A DNA stretch of 64,000 bases, from NCBI RefSeq assembly GCF_017308075.1, contig NZ_JAFKFX010000038.1, forward strand, positions 51,983 to 115,982, given 5' to 3'. The position numbers and the translations under genes are program-made. Each line of letters starts with the position of its first letter. Position 1 is the stretch's first letter. Shown here one piece after another: positions 23,223 to 37,034 of the stretch. This DNA comes from Bosea sp. (in: a-proteobacteria) (lineage in GTDB: Bacteria > Pseudomonadota > Alphaproteobacteria > Rhizobiales > Beijerinckiaceae). The notes beneath the pieces were generated by a model. The model made no database searches. It was not told the origin of the DNA and worked only from the letters and a program-made list of their open reading frames with translations.

Positions 23223-23732
23223 TCATTTTCCCGAAAGGATGACCCGCACCGGCTCGGTTTCCCTGCCGGTCAGCGTCACCTCGTCATAGACCGAACCGCC
23301 CTCGCGGAAGAGCGCGTCCTCCTCGCCCCAGATCACCTGGGTGGTGACGAAATAGCGACCCGGCGCCACCTTGTCGAAGGCAAAACGGCCATTCGCCTCT
23401 GCCTTGGTGGTGCGCGTGTATTCGGCGTAGCGCGGATCTGGTTCCTCTTGCGGATAGCTCGCGGCGAGGATGAACTTGGCGCGGCCATAGAGGCTGGCGA
23501 AGCGCTGGCTCGCATAGGCGGTCGCCGGCACCAACCGGACCACCTCGCCGGCCGCGTTGACGACCTGGCCCTTGGCGCGCGTGCGGAAGGCGTGCCCGGT
23601 GATCACGCCGGCTCCCGGCTTGCGGATATAGGCCGCCTCCTCCGGCGAGAAGGACGAGCTCGCCGCCGGCCGCCGCTCGACGCAGGCCCCCAGCAGGGCC
23701 GCCAGGCCCAGCACGCACGCCGCAGCTTTCAT
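23223..23732 (-). CDS. lipoprotein with carboxypeptidase-regulatory-like fold, hypothetical
   Basis: [17 protein letters not shown] is a lipobox. The motif ..ANGRFAFDKVAPGRYFV is typical of CarboxypepD_reg-like domains. The ATG overlaps the upstream EamA stop (ATGA). Confidence 0.65.
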   Translation of the reverse strand: MKAAACVLGLAALLGACVERRPAASSSFSPEEAAYIRKPGAGVITGHAFRTRAKGQVVNAAGEVVRLVPATAYASQRFASLYGRAKFILAASYPQEEPDPRYAEYTRTTKAEANGRFAFDKVAPGRYFVTTQVIWGEEDALFREGGSVYDEVTLTGRETEPVRVILSGK

Positions 23733-24670
23733 CCCGCTTTCGCCCCCGCCGGCGCCGTCGTCACGAAGAAGACGCCTGCGAGGATGATGACGCCTCCGAT
23801 GATCTGCCGCAACTCCAGCGTCTCGCCGAGCACCAGCACACCCATGACGGTAGCGACGACCGGTACGAGATAGCCGGTCATCGCCGCCCGGGTCGGCCCA
23901 GCCGCACGGATCAATCGCATGAAGAACGCCACCGGCATCGCCGTCGCTAACACGCCGAGCGCCAGCGCCGCCTGCCAATGCGGCGTCAGGGCCAGAAGCG
24001 CGCCCCAGCCGGAGAAGGCCAGCGTCAGCAGCAGTGCCCCGCCGCCGGAGACCATCTGCTGGCCGAGCGCCAGCCGGATCGGATCGCCTGCGCGCGGCGG
24101 CACCGCGCGCGTATAGAGATTGGCGCAGGCATAGGACAGCGTCGCGCCGACCATGGCGAGCAGGCTGAGCGCCGTGCCGCCGCCTTCGACCAGGCGCGGC
24201 CCGATCAGGATGGCGACGCCCGCCATGCCGACCAGTATGCCGCCGAGCCGGCGCCGGCTGAGATGTTCTTCCGAGAACAGGAAATGCGCGAACAGCGCCG
24301 TGACCAGCGGGCCTGCCGCCTGGATCATCGCCGCCGGGCCGCTGGCGAGCTGGATCAGCGCATAGGCGACGAGCACGTTCGGCAGCCAGCCATTGCAGGT
24401 GCCGAGCACGAGCCAATGACGGAGCTCGTGGCGGCGCGGCAGCGGGCTCTGGCCGCGCGCCGCAACGAACAGCGCCAGCGTTACAGCGCCGAGCAGGCCA
24501 CGGCAGGCGGCGATCGCCCAAGGGACGACGTCGCCGGCCATCAGCTTGATGAACAGGTAGCTCGAACCCCAGAGGAAGGAGCAGACGGCGAGGTTGCTGA
24601 CGATGAACGTCTTGCTCGGCCCCACCGGCCGCGCGGGCTCAGGAGCGATAGTCACCATTGATCTCGACAT
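23729..24670 (-). CDS. EamA/DMT-family transporter
   Basis: It has ten predicted TM segments, i.e. two EamA repeats (…[12 protein letters not shown]…, …[14 protein letters not shown]…). The exact start is uncertain because it overlaps the argJ 3' end. Confidence 0.85.
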   Translation of the reverse strand: MSRSMVTIAPEPARPVGPSKTFIVSNLAVCSFLWGSSYLFIKLMAGDVVPWAIAACRGLLGAVTLALFVAARGQSPLPRRHELRHWLVLGTCNGWLPNVLVAYALIQLASGPAAMIQAAGPLVTALFAHFLFSEEHLSRRRLGGILVGMAGVAILIGPRLVEGGGTALSLLAMVGATLSYACANLYTRAVPPRAGDPIRLALGQQMVSGGGALLLTLAFSGWGALLALTPHWQAALALGVLATAMPVAFFMRLIRAAGPTRAAMTGYLVPVVATVMGVLVLGETLELRQIIGGVIILAGVFFVTTAPAGAKAG

Positions 24671-25889
24671 AGGCCTTGGTCAGATCGCAGGTCCACACGG
24701 TGGACTTGCCTCGGCCAAGTCCGAGGTCGGTGGTGATGACGATGTGCTCGCCCTTCATGTAGTTGGATACGGCGACCTCGTCATAGGACGGTGCGCGGGC
24801 GCCCTGCTGCGCCACCATGATCCCGCCGAAGGAGATGTCGAGCCGGTCGCGATCGGCCGGCTCGCCGGCCTTGCCGACCGCCATGACGATGCGGCCCCAA
24901 TTGGCGTCCTCGCCGGCGATCGCGGTCTTCACCAGCGGCGAATTGGCGATCGAGAGCGCGACCCTCTTGGCCGAGCGCGACGAGGCGGCGCCCTGCACCC
25001 GGATCTCGACGAATTTGCGGGCGCCCTCGCCATCCTTGCAGACGAGATGCGAAAGCTCGAGCAGGAGCGCGTTCAGCGCCCGCTTGAAGCCGGAGAGACG
25101 GGGATCGGCGGGATCGCTGATCGCGGGCACGCCGCGCGCCGCGGCCTTGCCGGTCGAGAACAGCATCAGCGTGTCCGAAGTCGAGGTGTCGCTGTCGACC
25201 GTGATCGCGTTGAACGAGCCCTTGACGCCCTTGCCGAGCAGGGCCTGCAGCACCGGGGCGGCGATCGGCGCATCGGTGAAGACGAAGGAGAGCATCGTCG
25301 CCATGTCGGGCGCGATCATGCCCGCCCCCTTGGCGATGCCGGCGATGACGACCTCGTGCCCGTCGATCTTGGCCTTGCGCGACACCGCCTTGGGGAAGGT
25401 GTCGGTGGTCATGATCGCCTTGGCGGCATCGAGCCAGGATCCGTCGGCCACGCGAGAGGCACAGTCAGCCAGCACGCCCTCGAACTTGGTCGCGTCGAGC
25501 GGCTCGCCGATCACGCCGGTCGAGGCGATGAAGACCTGCTCGGGCTTGCAGCCGGCAGCCTTGGCCGCGATCTTCGCGGTCAGTGCGACGGAATCGCGGC
25601 CCTTCAGGCCAGTGAAGGCGTTGGCGTTGCCGGAATTGACGACCACGGCCCGGGCCGTGCCCTGGGCGAGATTCGCCCGGCACCAGTCGACCGGCGCGGA
25701 CGGGCATTTCGAACGGGTGAAGACGCCCGCGGCCTGAGAGCCCTCGTCGAGCAGCACCAGCAGCACGTCGGTACGGCCCTTATAGCGGATGCCGGCTTCC
25801 GCCGTGGCGAAACGCACGCCCGGCACCGCCGGAACCTTGGGCTGGCGCTTTGGCGCGAGCGGGGAAACGGGAACATCCTTGCCGGCCAT
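24639..25889 (-). CDS. argJ: bifunctional glutamate N-acetyltransferase / amino-acid acetyltransferase
   Basis: It has the autoprocessing region …[12 protein letters not shown]…, and the C-terminus [20 protein letters not shown] is canonical ArgJ. The start is at [14 protein letters not shown]. Confidence 0.95.
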   Translation of the reverse strand: MAGKDVPVSPLAPKRQPKVPAVPGVRFATAEAGIRYKGRTDVLLVLLDEGSQAAGVFTRSKCPSAPVDWCRANLAQGTARAVVVNSGNANAFTGLKGRDSVALTAKIAAKAAGCKPEQVFIASTGVIGEPLDATKFEGVLADCASRVADGSWLDAAKAIMTTDTFPKAVSRKAKIDGHEVVIAGIAKGAGMIAPDMATMLSFVFTDAPIAAPVLQALLGKGVKGSFNAITVDSDTSTSDTLMLFSTGKAAARGVPAISDPADPRLSGFKRALNALLLELSHLVCKDGEGARKFVEIRVQGAASSRSAKRVALSIANSPLVKTAIAGEDANWGRIVMAVGKAGEPADRDRLDISFGGIMVAQQGARAPSYDEVAVSNYMKGEHIVITTDLGLGRGKSTVWTCDLTKAYVEINGDYRS

Positions 25890-26031
25890 CGGGGCGTCTC
25901 CTTTTGAGGCGCTTCGATGTGCCGCAGCAGCGTGCGGAAAACAAGCAGGCAATGCCGGCGTGCAGATCATGCCCGGGCCGGCTCCGGGGCATTTCGGGCG
26001 CCCCGCTTGCGAGGCGCCCGCCTGTCTTGCC

Positions 26032-26883
26032 TCAGGGCTTCTTCGGCTCGGCCGGCACAGCCGGAGCCGGCGTCGCCGCCGGCTTGTCGAGACGCTCGAC
26101 CTTGGCCTTGTCGCGCAGCCCGACGATGATGTCCTGCTGCGCCTTGCGGACCAGGTACTGCTCGATCTGCGGCTTGACCTCGTCGAAGGTCGGCAGCGGC
26201 TTGGTCCGCTTGTCCTCGAGCTTGATCACATGCCAGCCGAACTGGCTCTTCACCGGCTCGGAGAGCTGGCCCTTCTCGAGCTTGAAGGCGGCCTCGGCGA
26301 ATTCCGGAACCATCCGCTCCTTGGCGAACCAGCCGAGATCGCCACCTTCCTTGCCCGAACCCGGGTCCTTGGAGAGTTCGGCCGCAACCTTGGCGAAGTC
26401 CTCGCCCTTCTTCAGGCGCTCCAGCGCTGCCTTGGCCTGCGCCTCTTCCGGCACGAGGATATGGCGGGCGTGGACCTCCTCCTCCGGCTTCAGCGTCTTG
26501 ACCGTGTCTTCGAACAGCTTCTTCGCGGCCTCGGGCGTCGCCGCCTTCTTGGCCTCGGTCGTCAGATACTCGTCGAGCAGGAGCTTGTTGCGATTATAGG
26601 CCATGCGCTTGGCGAAATCCGGCCCCTCGCCGATCTTGGCGGCGGCGGCGGCGCGGGCGCCGAGCTTGAGATCGACCAGGAAGTTGATCAGCTCCTCGCG
26701 CTTGCGCTCCTCCGGCATCTGGGCGGTGCGCTCGCCGAGATCGTCGGCCGCGAGCGCGAGCTCGCTCTCGGTAATCTCGATGCCGTCGACCTTCGCGACG
26801 ACCTTGTCCTGCTGCGCGAAGGCAGGCGCAGCTGCAGCCAGCACGAGGCCGAGCGACAGCGTGGCGAGACGGGAAACAACCAT
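26032..26883 (-). CDS. parvulin-type peptidyl-prolyl isomerase (SurA/PpiC-like, periplasmic)
   Basis: The signal peptide is [12 protein letters not shown]. The rotamase domain reads HARHILV...GGDLGWF....[12 protein letters not shown]. It sits in the conserved argJ-PPIase-secA arrangement. Confidence 0.88.
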   Translation of the reverse strand: MVVSRLATLSLGLVLAAAAPAFAQQDKVVAKVDGIEITESELALAADDLGERTAQMPEERKREELINFLVDLKLGARAAAAAKIGEGPDFAKRMAYNRNKLLLDEYLTTEAKKAATPEAAKKLFEDTVKTLKPEEEVHARHILVPEEAQAKAALERLKKGEDFAKVAAELSKDPGSGKEGGDLGWFAKERMVPEFAEAAFKLEKGQLSEPVKSQFGWHVIKLEDKRTKPLPTFDEVKPQIEQYLVRKAQQDIIVGLRDKAKVERLDKPAATPAPAVPAEPKKP

Positions 26884-27210
26884 CGGGTGTTGGCCTTTCG
26901 ATGAATGGCGCTAAAAACGGATCGGCTGGCTGAGTGCCAGCAGATCACGGCCTTGGCAAGGCACAGCGCGCGCGTCGCTGCGACCGGCGCGCTTCTGCGT
27001 CACCCCGCCGCCTCTTGGCAGGGCCGCGGCCGGCCCCCACATGCGCTGCGTCGCATCGGCTGTCGCGACGACCACCTTCACAGCAAGCGCGCGCTGGACC
27101 GCGCGCCCGCACGCGTCTAAACACGCGCGTGATTTCAGGATTATCCGCTTTCGGCCGCGCCCGCCTCGTGCCGGGTCCTCCAGCCGGAAGCGCCCATGGA
27201 AAGACCGGAC

Positions 27211-30054
<2,844 letters not shown>

Positions 30055-30081
30055 GCCGTCCCGCAGGCGCTGATCTAAGCG

Positions 30082-30114
30082 AAAAGCTCCGGCCCATGGG
30101 CCGGAGCTTTTTTC
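30082..30114. terminator. bidirectional rho-independent terminator (secA / MFS gene)
   Basis: AAAAGCTCCGGCCC-ATG-GGCCGGAGCTTTTTT has an A-run and a T-run flanking an 11-bp stem. Confidence 0.9.
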
Positions 30115-30170
30115 TTGCGAGCAGCATCGGCTCCGCTTTTGGCTTAGGCGAAGCCCGATCAGGCCGCCAT

Positions 30171-31376
30171 TCAGGCTCTCTGGCGCGGCGGCAAGCGCGG
30201 CAGCAGGATGGTCAGCAAGCCCAGCAGCGGCAGATAGGAGCAGATGCGATAGACGAAGCCGATGCCATGGACATCGGCCAGGCCGCCGAGCAGCGCGGCG
30301 CCGAGACCCCCCGCTCCAAAGGCGAATCCGAAGAACATGCCGGCGATCAGGCCGACACGGCCCGGAACCAGCTCCTGCGCAAAGACCACGATGGCCGAGA
30401 AGGCGGAGGCGAAGACCAGCCCGATCGCGACGCTCAGCACGCCGGTCCAGAACAGATTGGCATAGGGCAGCAGCAGCGCGAACGGGATGACGCCCAGGAT
30501 CGAGAACCAGATCACGAAGCGCGCCCCGAATCGATCGCCGATCGGCCCGCCGACGAAGGTCCCGACCGCCGCGGCACCGAGGAACAGGAACAGCATCAGC
30601 TGCGCGTCCCGGAAGCCGAGCTGGAACTGCTCGATGACGTAGAAGGTGAAATAGCTCGATATGCTCGCCATGTAGACGTTCTTCGTCGCGGTCAGCAGCA
30701 CGAGCACGAACAGCGCGAAGGCGACGCGCCGCCCCGGCAGCGGCAAGGCACGGCTGACTGGCGGGCGTCCCGCCTGCGCCCGGCGATGGGCCGCATACCA
30801 GCGCCCGACCCGGGTGAGGATCAGCACGCCCGCCATCGCGATCACCGAGAGCCAGGCGACGCTGCCCTGGCCGAAGGGCAGCACGATGAAAGCCGCCAGC
30901 AGCGGGCCCAGCGCCGAGCCGAGATTGCCGCCGACCTGGAACAGGGACTGCGCCAGGCCGTGACGCCCGCCCGAGGCGAGCCGCGCCACCCGGGACGCCT
31001 CCGGGTGGAAGACCGCCGAGCCGAAGCCGATCAGGCAGGCTGCGACGATCAGCACCGCGAAATTATGCGCGTTCCCGAGCAGGATCAGCCCGCCGAAGGT
31101 CGAGGCCATACCGGCGGGCGCCGAATAGGGCATCGGCCAGCGATCCGTCACCATGCCGACGACCGGCTGCAGCAGCGAGGCCGTGACCTGGAAGGCCATG
31201 GTCAGCAGGCCGATCTGGACGAAGTCCAGGCCGTAATTCGCCTTGAACAGCGGATAGAGCGAGGCCAGCAGCGACTGCATGACGTCGTTGAGCAGATGGC
31301 AGAAGCTGACGGCGAGCAGGATCGAGGTCGTCGCCTTCTCGAAACGCGGGCGGGCTTCCGGGGCAACTGCGACCAT
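30171..31376 (-). CDS. MFS transporter (Fsr/fosmidomycin-resistance-like)
   Basis: It is a 12-TM protein with N-terminal …LAVSFCHLLNDVMQSLLASLYPLFK…GLLTMAFQVTASLLQPVVGMVTDR, characteristic of the FSR subfamily. Confidence 0.8.
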   Translation of the reverse strand: MVAVAPEARPRFEKATTSILLAVSFCHLLNDVMQSLLASLYPLFKANYGLDFVQIGLLTMAFQVTASLLQPVVGMVTDRWPMPYSAPAGMASTFGGLILLGNAHNFAVLIVAACLIGFGSAVFHPEASRVARLASGGRHGLAQSLFQVGGNLGSALGPLLAAFIVLPFGQGSVAWLSVIAMAGVLILTRVGRWYAAHRRAQAGRPPVSRALPLPGRRVAFALFVLVLLTATKNVYMASISSYFTFYVIEQFQLGFRDAQLMLFLFLGAAAVGTFVGGPIGDRFGARFVIWFSILGVIPFALLLPYANLFWTGVLSVAIGLVFASAFSAIVVFAQELVPGRVGLIAGMFFGFAFGAGGLGAALLGGLADVHGIGFVYRICSYLPLLGLLTILLPRLPPRQRA

Positions 31377-31481
31377 CGACTTGATCTCCTCGCGCGGATA
31401 GATCGCGCGGGGCTCTTCTACAGAGCTTGCCGATGACCTTCATTCGTGTTTCGGTCAAAAACTTTCGCGTTTGGGCCAAAT

Positions 31482-32303
31482 ATGAAAACGTTGCCACGCC
31501 AGAGACTGGAGGCACTCGACGAGCAGCACCGCCGCAATCTCGGCTGGATCGCCCGCTCGGATTCCGACATCCTCGTCCACAGCTCGGACAACCCTGCGGG
31601 CTACAGGATCCCGCTCCACTGCCATCGCCACGACCAGTTGCTCTGTGCCTTCGCGGGCGTGGTGCTCGTCGAGACCGAGCGGGGCTGCTGGATGATCCCG
31701 CCCGGCCACGCGCTCCTCATTCCCGCCCAATTGCAGCACGCTGTCGAGATGCTGAGCGCTGTCGACATGAAATCGGTCTATCTCCTGCCCGGGCTCGGAG
31801 ACCTCGCGGGCCGCATGCTGCAGGTGCTAGGGGTCACCGATCTTGCCCGCGCACTGATCGGCGAGGCGATCCGGCTGCGCGATGCGGCACCGGGCACGCG
31901 CAAGGCCGTACTGGTGCTGGAGTTGCTGGCGCAGGAGATCGCGACCCTCGAAGCACGGCCGCTCGGCCTGCCCTTCCCGGCGGACAGGCGTCTCGCCGCC
32001 CTCTGCCGGACCTATATGGCCGCGCCCGCGGCCGATGAGCGGCTGGGCGACTGGGCCGGGAAGCTCGCCATGAGCCGGCGTACCTTCACGCGCTTCTTCC
32101 AGAAGGAGACCGGCCTCAGCTTCGTCGCCTGGCGCCAGCAGGCGAGCCTGTTCGCCTGCCTGCCGAAACTAGCCGAAGGCGCGTCCGTCACCGACATCGC
32201 CATGCTGGCCGGCTACGACAATGTCGCGGCCTTTACGACGATGTTCCGGCGCAGGCTCGGAACCGCGCCGCGCAACTATATGCGCGCCGCGACGGCGCGA
32301 TAG
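31482..32303 (+). CDS. AraC-family transcriptional regulator (cupin N-domain + HTH)
   Basis: The C-terminus …MSRRTFTRFFQKETGLSFVAWRQQ…IAMLAGYDNVAAFTTMFRRRLGTAPRNY is the AraC HTH. It is divergent from the MFS gene. Confidence 0.88.
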   Translation: MKTLPRQRLEALDEQHRRNLGWIARSDSDILVHSSDNPAGYRIPLHCHRHDQLLCAFAGVVLVETERGCWMIPPGHALLIPAQLQHAVEMLSAVDMKSVYLLPGLGDLAGRMLQVLGVTDLARALIGEAIRLRDAAPGTRKAVLVLELLAQEIATLEARPLGLPFPADRRLAALCRTYMAAPAADERLGDWAGKLAMSRRTFTRFFQKETGLSFVAWRQQASLFACLPKLAEGASVTDIAMLAGYDNVAAFTTMFRRRLGTAPRNYMRAATAR

Positions 32304-32326
32304 TTGCTGCCCCCTGCATTTGCCGC

Positions 32327-33157
32327 TCAACCCGCCGCAAAGCGGGCCTCGGCCGCACCCAGCACCTCGATCTCAACCCTGGCGACGGCGCCCGGTGGCA
32401 GCCATTGCGTCTTCACCAGGCTGCCAAGCAGCACGGTCTCGCCGGCCCGCAACGGCGCGCCGCGCGCCTGCGCATGCTCCGCCAGCCAGGCCAGCGCCGC
32501 ATAGGGATGGCCCAGCACGTCAGCACCCACGCCGGCGCCGACCTCGACGCCGTCGATCAGCGTCCTGCCATGCAGCCCGGCGAGATCCGGCAGGGCATCC
32601 GGCGCAAGCCCGGCCCCGAGCACGCAGCCGGCCGCGAAAAAGTCGTCGGCGATCAGCATCGGCGTGCCGATGCTCTGCCAGTCGACATAGCGGTCGTCGA
32701 CGATCTCGATTGCCGCCATCACTTCACCGACAGCGCCGCGCACGCTGTCGACGCTCGCGCCCTCCCCGGGAAGATCATGCGCCAGCCTGACCGCGATCTC
32801 GCATTCGACGCCGACACGGACGAAGTCGCCATGGCGCAGCACGGCGCCGCTCGCATGGCTCGTACCGGCGAAGAGCCCGGCGGCACAGGGGTGGTCGATA
32901 CCGAGATAATCCTGCATCACCGGCGTGGTGCAGCCGATCTTCCAGCCGCTGCGCCGGCCGAAGCGCGAGACGGCCAGTCGGCGGTGCACGGCGCCCTGTA
33001 CGGCATAGGCCCGGGCGACGTCGGCCGGCGCCTCGCCCGCTTGCGCCGGCAAGGGCGTGCGCGCGAGCCGGGCGGCGGCGATCGTCTCGGCAAGGGCATC
33101 GATGGCTTTGATCTCAGGCAAGGCGGGCTCCCGGCATTCTCCGGCCAAGCCTGCCAT
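32327..33157 (-). CDS. 2-keto-4-pentenoate hydratase-like (MhpD/HpcG, FAH superfamily)
   Basis: It has the GWKIGCT motif, …ECEIAV…, and …AAIEIVDDRY…. Its length is about 276 aa. Confidence 0.7.
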   Translation of the reverse strand: MAGLAGECREPALPEIKAIDALAETIAAARLARTPLPAQAGEAPADVARAYAVQGAVHRRLAVSRFGRRSGWKIGCTTPVMQDYLGIDHPCAAGLFAGTSHASGAVLRHGDFVRVGVECEIAVRLAHDLPGEGASVDSVRGAVGEVMAAIEIVDDRYVDWQSIGTPMLIADDFFAAGCVLGAGLAPDALPDLAGLHGRTLIDGVEVGAGVGADVLGHPYAALAWLAEHAQARGAPLRAGETVLLGSLVKTQWLPPGAVARVEIEVLGAAEARFAAG

Positions 33158-33189
33158 GGCAGCGCCTGATCTGGCCAGCGCAGAGCTAC

Positions 33190-33221
33190 AAAAGCAGAAA
33201 GCCCGCTGGCGCGGGCTTTCG
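33190..33221 (-). terminator. rho-independent terminator of the OMP gene
   Basis: On the minus strand, GAAAGCCCGC-GCCA-GCGGGCTTTC is followed by TGCTTTTGT. Confidence 0.75.
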
Positions 33222-33247
33222 AGATCGCTTCCGAAATTCAGGCGGCG

Positions 33248-34162
33248 TCACTTCGGCGCAAAGATGCCGACGCTGCTCGCGGTAATGTCGAAGGAAAGCG
33301 TGCCGACCACGGTCGGGTTGCACCATTTCGAGCGACCGGAACCGGAGACGATGCCGCGCGGATCGGCCGTCAGCGCGAAGCACTCGGTCTTCGACAGGCT
33401 GGTGTCATGATAGCGCACATCTGCCGTTAGGTTCTTCCAGGTGTAGGAGAGGCCGGCGTTCCAATAGGTGTAATCGGGCAGATCGACCGGCGCCGCGAAA
33501 TAGATGCTCGCATTGGGCGTGCCGAGCCAGTAGCGCCCGACCTCGCCCGAGACCGAGAGCCCTTCGAGGAAGGGCAGGTTGTACTTGGCCGTGAGCGAGC
33601 CATAGGTGCCGGTCGCGCCGGTGCCGAGCCAGTCCCAGGCGTAGAAGAGGTTGGCGCCGACGATCAGCTTGTCCTCGAAATTATAGGACAGCTTGCCATA
33701 GACCTCGGTGAAATCGGTGTTCTTCGGCGTCCAGTAACCGCCGGCCAGGTCGATATACTGCTTCTCGTTGGGGTAATAATACTGCCAGACGCCGACATCG
33801 ACGGTGAAGGGACCGAATTTCGGCCGGATGCCGGCATAGAAATCGATCTCGGCCGGCGGGCTGGTGGCGAGATCGACATTCGAGGCGTAGACGCCGGCAT
33901 AGACCAGGTTGTCGTAGAACTGCAGCTCGGCGCCACCCTGGATCGCCGGCTTGCGATCAGTCTGCGAGATGCCGCGGAAATTATAGTCGGTCATGCCCTT
34001 GATGCTGACCGCAATGTCGAACCAGGTGATGCTCGGCGCCACCGGGGCCGGCGGCGGCGCCTTTCGGTTCGGCAGGTCGGAAGCCTGCGCCATGCCGGCG
34101 GCCGTCAGCGAGAGCGACAGCGCCGTGGCGGCCGTCGCGAGCCTGGAGATACCAAAGACCAT
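33248..34162 (-). CDS. outer-membrane beta-barrel protein (TIGR02001/Gcw_chp-like porin family)
   Basis: The signal peptide is …LSLSLTAAGMAQA. It has the motif FDIAVSIKGMTDYNFRGISQTD, shows an alternating strand pattern and ends ..VGIFAPK. The start was taken at MVFGISRL. Confidence 0.75.
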   Translation of the reverse strand: MVFGISRLATAATALSLSLTAAGMAQASDLPNRKAPPPAPVAPSITWFDIAVSIKGMTDYNFRGISQTDRKPAIQGGAELQFYDNLVYAGVYASNVDLATSPPAEIDFYAGIRPKFGPFTVDVGVWQYYYPNEKQYIDLAGGYWTPKNTDFTEVYGKLSYNFEDKLIVGANLFYAWDWLGTGATGTYGSLTAKYNLPFLEGLSVSGEVGRYWLGTPNASIYFAAPVDLPDYTYWNAGLSYTWKNLTADVRYHDTSLSKTECFALTADPRGIVSGSGRSKWCNPTVVGTLSFDITASSVGIFAPK

Positions 34163-34311
34163 CGAAAGCTCCGTCGAAGAGTTTCTGCCCGAAACAGCTC
34201 GCGCATTGGCCCGATTAGGCTTTTCTCCCTCTGGAATCGGCAAGACGAGGATTTCGGCAGGCCGCTCAGCAAACGAGCAAAGACGCCCTTGCGGGCCCCA
34301 GGACTGCACAG

Positions 34312-34345
34312 CAAAACGCCCGCCGCGATCGAACGCAGCGGGCGT
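34312..34345 (-). terminator. terminator hairpin after the L,D-transpeptidase gene
   Basis: The minus strand reads ACGCCCGC-N14-GCGGGCGT followed by TTTTGC. The plus strand also shows a T-run (ATATTTTT). Confidence 0.55.
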
Positions 34346-34386
34346 GATATTTTTGTATCAGCCGGGCCGGCGGGCGGCCTCGGGGA

Positions 34387-35841
34387 TCAGCGCGTCGCGG
34401 GCTTGCTCGCATAGGCGGCGTCGGCCTGGTCCAGCTGCGAGGTGCGCAACGCCGTCGAGCGGCGCGGCGGCAGCGGCGCGACCATGCGCTGTGGCGTTTC
34501 CGGCACGACCGAGGCCACCGGCGCCGCCTCCGCCGGCTTCTCCGAAGAGCCTCCGAGCAGCGGCACGAAGCTGAGCGCGCGCTGGTAGAAGGAAGGCTGC
34601 TCGGCGCTGGCGGTCTGGATCGGCTCGGCTGTCGCCGCGCCGGGCGAGATCTTGGCGAGCTGCGTCGCCGCGTCGGCCGGCTTGGCAGCGGCGGCAGGCT
34701 TCGCCGGGACGGCCGCGACAGCGACCTCAGCAGGCTTGGCTTCCGACGCGGGCTGCTCGGCCGCACCGCGCACGGCCGCGAGGACGGCATCGTTCTCGGC
34801 GGATTCGGCCCGCACCGTCGCCTTGGTCCGGCCCTTGTCATCGAGCACGACGACACGTGGCCCGATCAGGGAGTCGACGCGGCTGATGCCGACATTGCGC
34901 GACCCCCAGGCGACCGACCGGTTCAGCGCATCGGCGCCGGACTGCGCCAGCTGGCGCTTGAAGGAGGAATGCTGGTCGCCATCGTCATAGATCAGCTTGA
35001 TCGCCGGCGTGCCCTTGGAGACCAGTGCAGCGACCTGGATGTCATCCTGCTGGCGCTTTTGCGCGATCGCCTGCGCGACGGAGGAATCGCCGCCCTTGTT
35101 GAAGACGTAGCGGCCGCCGGACACCCCGACTGCCGGCTCGTCCTTGGCGATCTCGAAATAGTCCGAGCCTTCCTTGAGGTTCTTCCAGAACCCCATATTC
35201 GGGTCGAGCCGGTGCTTGGCGAGGTTCTCCGGCGTCATCCGGAACGGGAAGGCCTGCATCTGGACGGCACGCTGGCCGCCATTATGGGCCTCGCGGACCA
35301 GGGCATAGAGCTCGCCGATCTGATCGTCGGTCATCGAATAGCAACCGGCCGAGGAGCAGGCGCCATGCACCATCAGATGCGCGCCGGTGCGGCCATGCGA
35401 GCGGTCATAGGCGTTGGGATAGCCCATGTTGAACGAGACATAGAACGACGAGTTCGGGTTCATCTGCGCCGGGGTGATGGCGTAGAAACCCTCCGGCGCC
35501 ATCCGGTCGCCTTCGCGGACCTTGGGGCCGAGCTGGCCGGACCAGCGGCACATCGGGAAGGTCTTGAGCAGCGCATACTTGCCGTCAGCGCGCTTCTTCC
35601 AGATCTCGAGCTCCGACTCCTTCTTGTAGGAGCGAATCACGATCGGCTGGCTCTTGCTCATGCCCTTCTCGGACATCAGCGAATAGGTCGCGGACGGGAT
35701 CGGGATGTTGTGGCGAGCCGAACCGCGATAGCGGTCCTCTTCGCAGGCGGCCAGGGTGAGGGCGATCAGGGCCGTCAGCGCGAGATGTTTCACTGCCACG
35801 TCGTCATTCCCATCGCTCGGCCGTCTGACCCGACCATGCAT
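34387..35841 (-). CDS. L,D-transpeptidase family protein (YkuD domain) with Ala/Pro-rich C-terminal extension
   Basis: The catalytic region is …LMVHGACSSAGCYSMTD… (the H..G.C.S.GC motif). A possible lipoprotein start is the GTG at 35793 (VKHLALTALIALTLAAC). Confidence 0.82.
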   Translation of the reverse strand: MHGRVRRPSDGNDDVAVKHLALTALIALTLAACEEDRYRGSARHNIPIPSATYSLMSEKGMSKSQPIVIRSYKKESELEIWKKRADGKYALLKTFPMCRWSGQLGPKVREGDRMAPEGFYAITPAQMNPNSSFYVSFNMGYPNAYDRSHGRTGAHLMVHGACSSAGCYSMTDDQIGELYALVREAHNGGQRAVQMQAFPFRMTPENLAKHRLDPNMGFWKNLKEGSDYFEIAKDEPAVGVSGGRYVFNKGGDSSVAQAIAQKRQQDDIQVAALVSKGTPAIKLIYDDGDQHSSFKRQLAQSGADALNRSVAWGSRNVGISRVDSLIGPRVVVLDDKGRTKATVRAESAENDAVLAAVRGAAEQPASEAKPAEVAVAAVPAKPAAAAKPADAATQLAKISPGAATAEPIQTASAEQPSFYQRALSFVPLLGGSSEKPAEAAPVASVVPETPQRMVAPLPPRRSTALRTSQLDQADAAYASKPATR

Positions 35842-35970
35842 CGGGCATCGCGGCCAAATTATGCCGCTAGCCCGGATTTAGAACCGTTAGGCTTGACCGT
35901 TCCTTACCACAGGCTTCCTCGGAATGGCCATATCTGGAACACCCAAGAATCAGGGCGCTCGCCCGCCCCC

Positions 35971-36924
35971 TCAGAGGGACCGGCCGATCGCCAGATATTT
36001 GTCCGCCCGCCGCTCGACGATCTCGTCGGCGCTCAGTCCGGCGAGATCCGCGAGCGCCGCGGCGATCGCGGCCCCGGCCCGCTCGATCGCCAGCTGCGGC
36101 TCGCGATGGGCGCCGCCGGTCGGCTCCGGGACGATCTTGTCGATCACGCCGAATTTCAGCAGGTCCTGTGCGGTGATCTTCATGCCGGTCGCGGCATCCT
36201 GCGCCCGGGCGGTGTCACGCCACAGGATCGAGGCGGCGCCTTCCGGCGAGATCACCGAATAGATAGCGTGCTCCATCATCAGCACGCGGCTCGCCGCCGC
36301 GATCGCGATGGCGCCGCCCGAGCCGCCCTCGCCGATCACCAGCGCGACGCTCGGCGTGCGCAGGGCAAGGCAGGTCTCGGTCGAGCGGGCGATCGCCTCG
36401 GCCTGGCCGCGCTCCTCGGCCTCGATGCCCGGATAGGCTCCGGCCGTGTCGATGAAGCTCAGAACCGGCAGGCCGAAACGGTCGGCGAGCTCCATCAGGC
36501 GCACCGCCTTGCGATAGCCCTCGGGCTTCGGCATGCCGAAATTATGCCGGATGCGGGTCTCCGTCGAGTTGCCCTTCTCCTGGCCGATGACGCAGACCGG
36601 CTCGCCACGGAAGCGGCCGAAGCCGCCGACGATGGCCTCGTCCTCGCCGAAGGCGCGGTCTCCGGCCAGCGGTGTGAACTCATCGATCAGCCCGGCGCAA
36701 TAATCGAGGAAATGCGGCCGCTGCGGGTGCCGTGCCACCAGCGTCTTCTGCCAGGGCGTCAGCGCGCCATAGAGGTCCTTGAGCGACTGACCGGCCTTGG
36801 CCTCGAGCTTCCCGATCTCCTCGGTCAGCGAATAGCCGTCGCCCTTGGCGTCGAGCGCCCGCAGCTCATCGGCCTTGGCCTCCAGTTCGGCAACCGGCTT
36901 CTCGAAATCCAGATAGCTTCGCAT
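35971..36924 (-). CDS. accA: acetyl-CoA carboxylase carboxyltransferase subunit alpha
   Basis: MRSYLDFEKPVAELEAK...RHPQRPHFLDY...FIDTAGAYPG is canonical AccA at 317 aa. Confidence 0.96.
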   Translation of the reverse strand: MRSYLDFEKPVAELEAKADELRALDAKGDGYSLTEEIGKLEAKAGQSLKDLYGALTPWQKTLVARHPQRPHFLDYCAGLIDEFTPLAGDRAFGEDEAIVGGFGRFRGEPVCVIGQEKGNSTETRIRHNFGMPKPEGYRKAVRLMELADRFGLPVLSFIDTAGAYPGIEAEERGQAEAIARSTETCLALRTPSVALVIGEGGSGGAIAIAAASRVLMMEHAIYSVISPEGAASILWRDTARAQDAATGMKITAQDLLKFGVIDKIVPEPTGGAHREPQLAIERAGAAIAAALADLAGLSADEIVERRADKYLAIGRSL

Positions 36925-37034
36925 CGACATCCAGTTCTGGTCCCACATCCTGAAGGGAGACACATCCGCGCGACGGCGACGGTCGGGGAACCCACGAAAA
37001 AGCGGCGGACCTTGGCCGCGCCCCGCCGCGATTG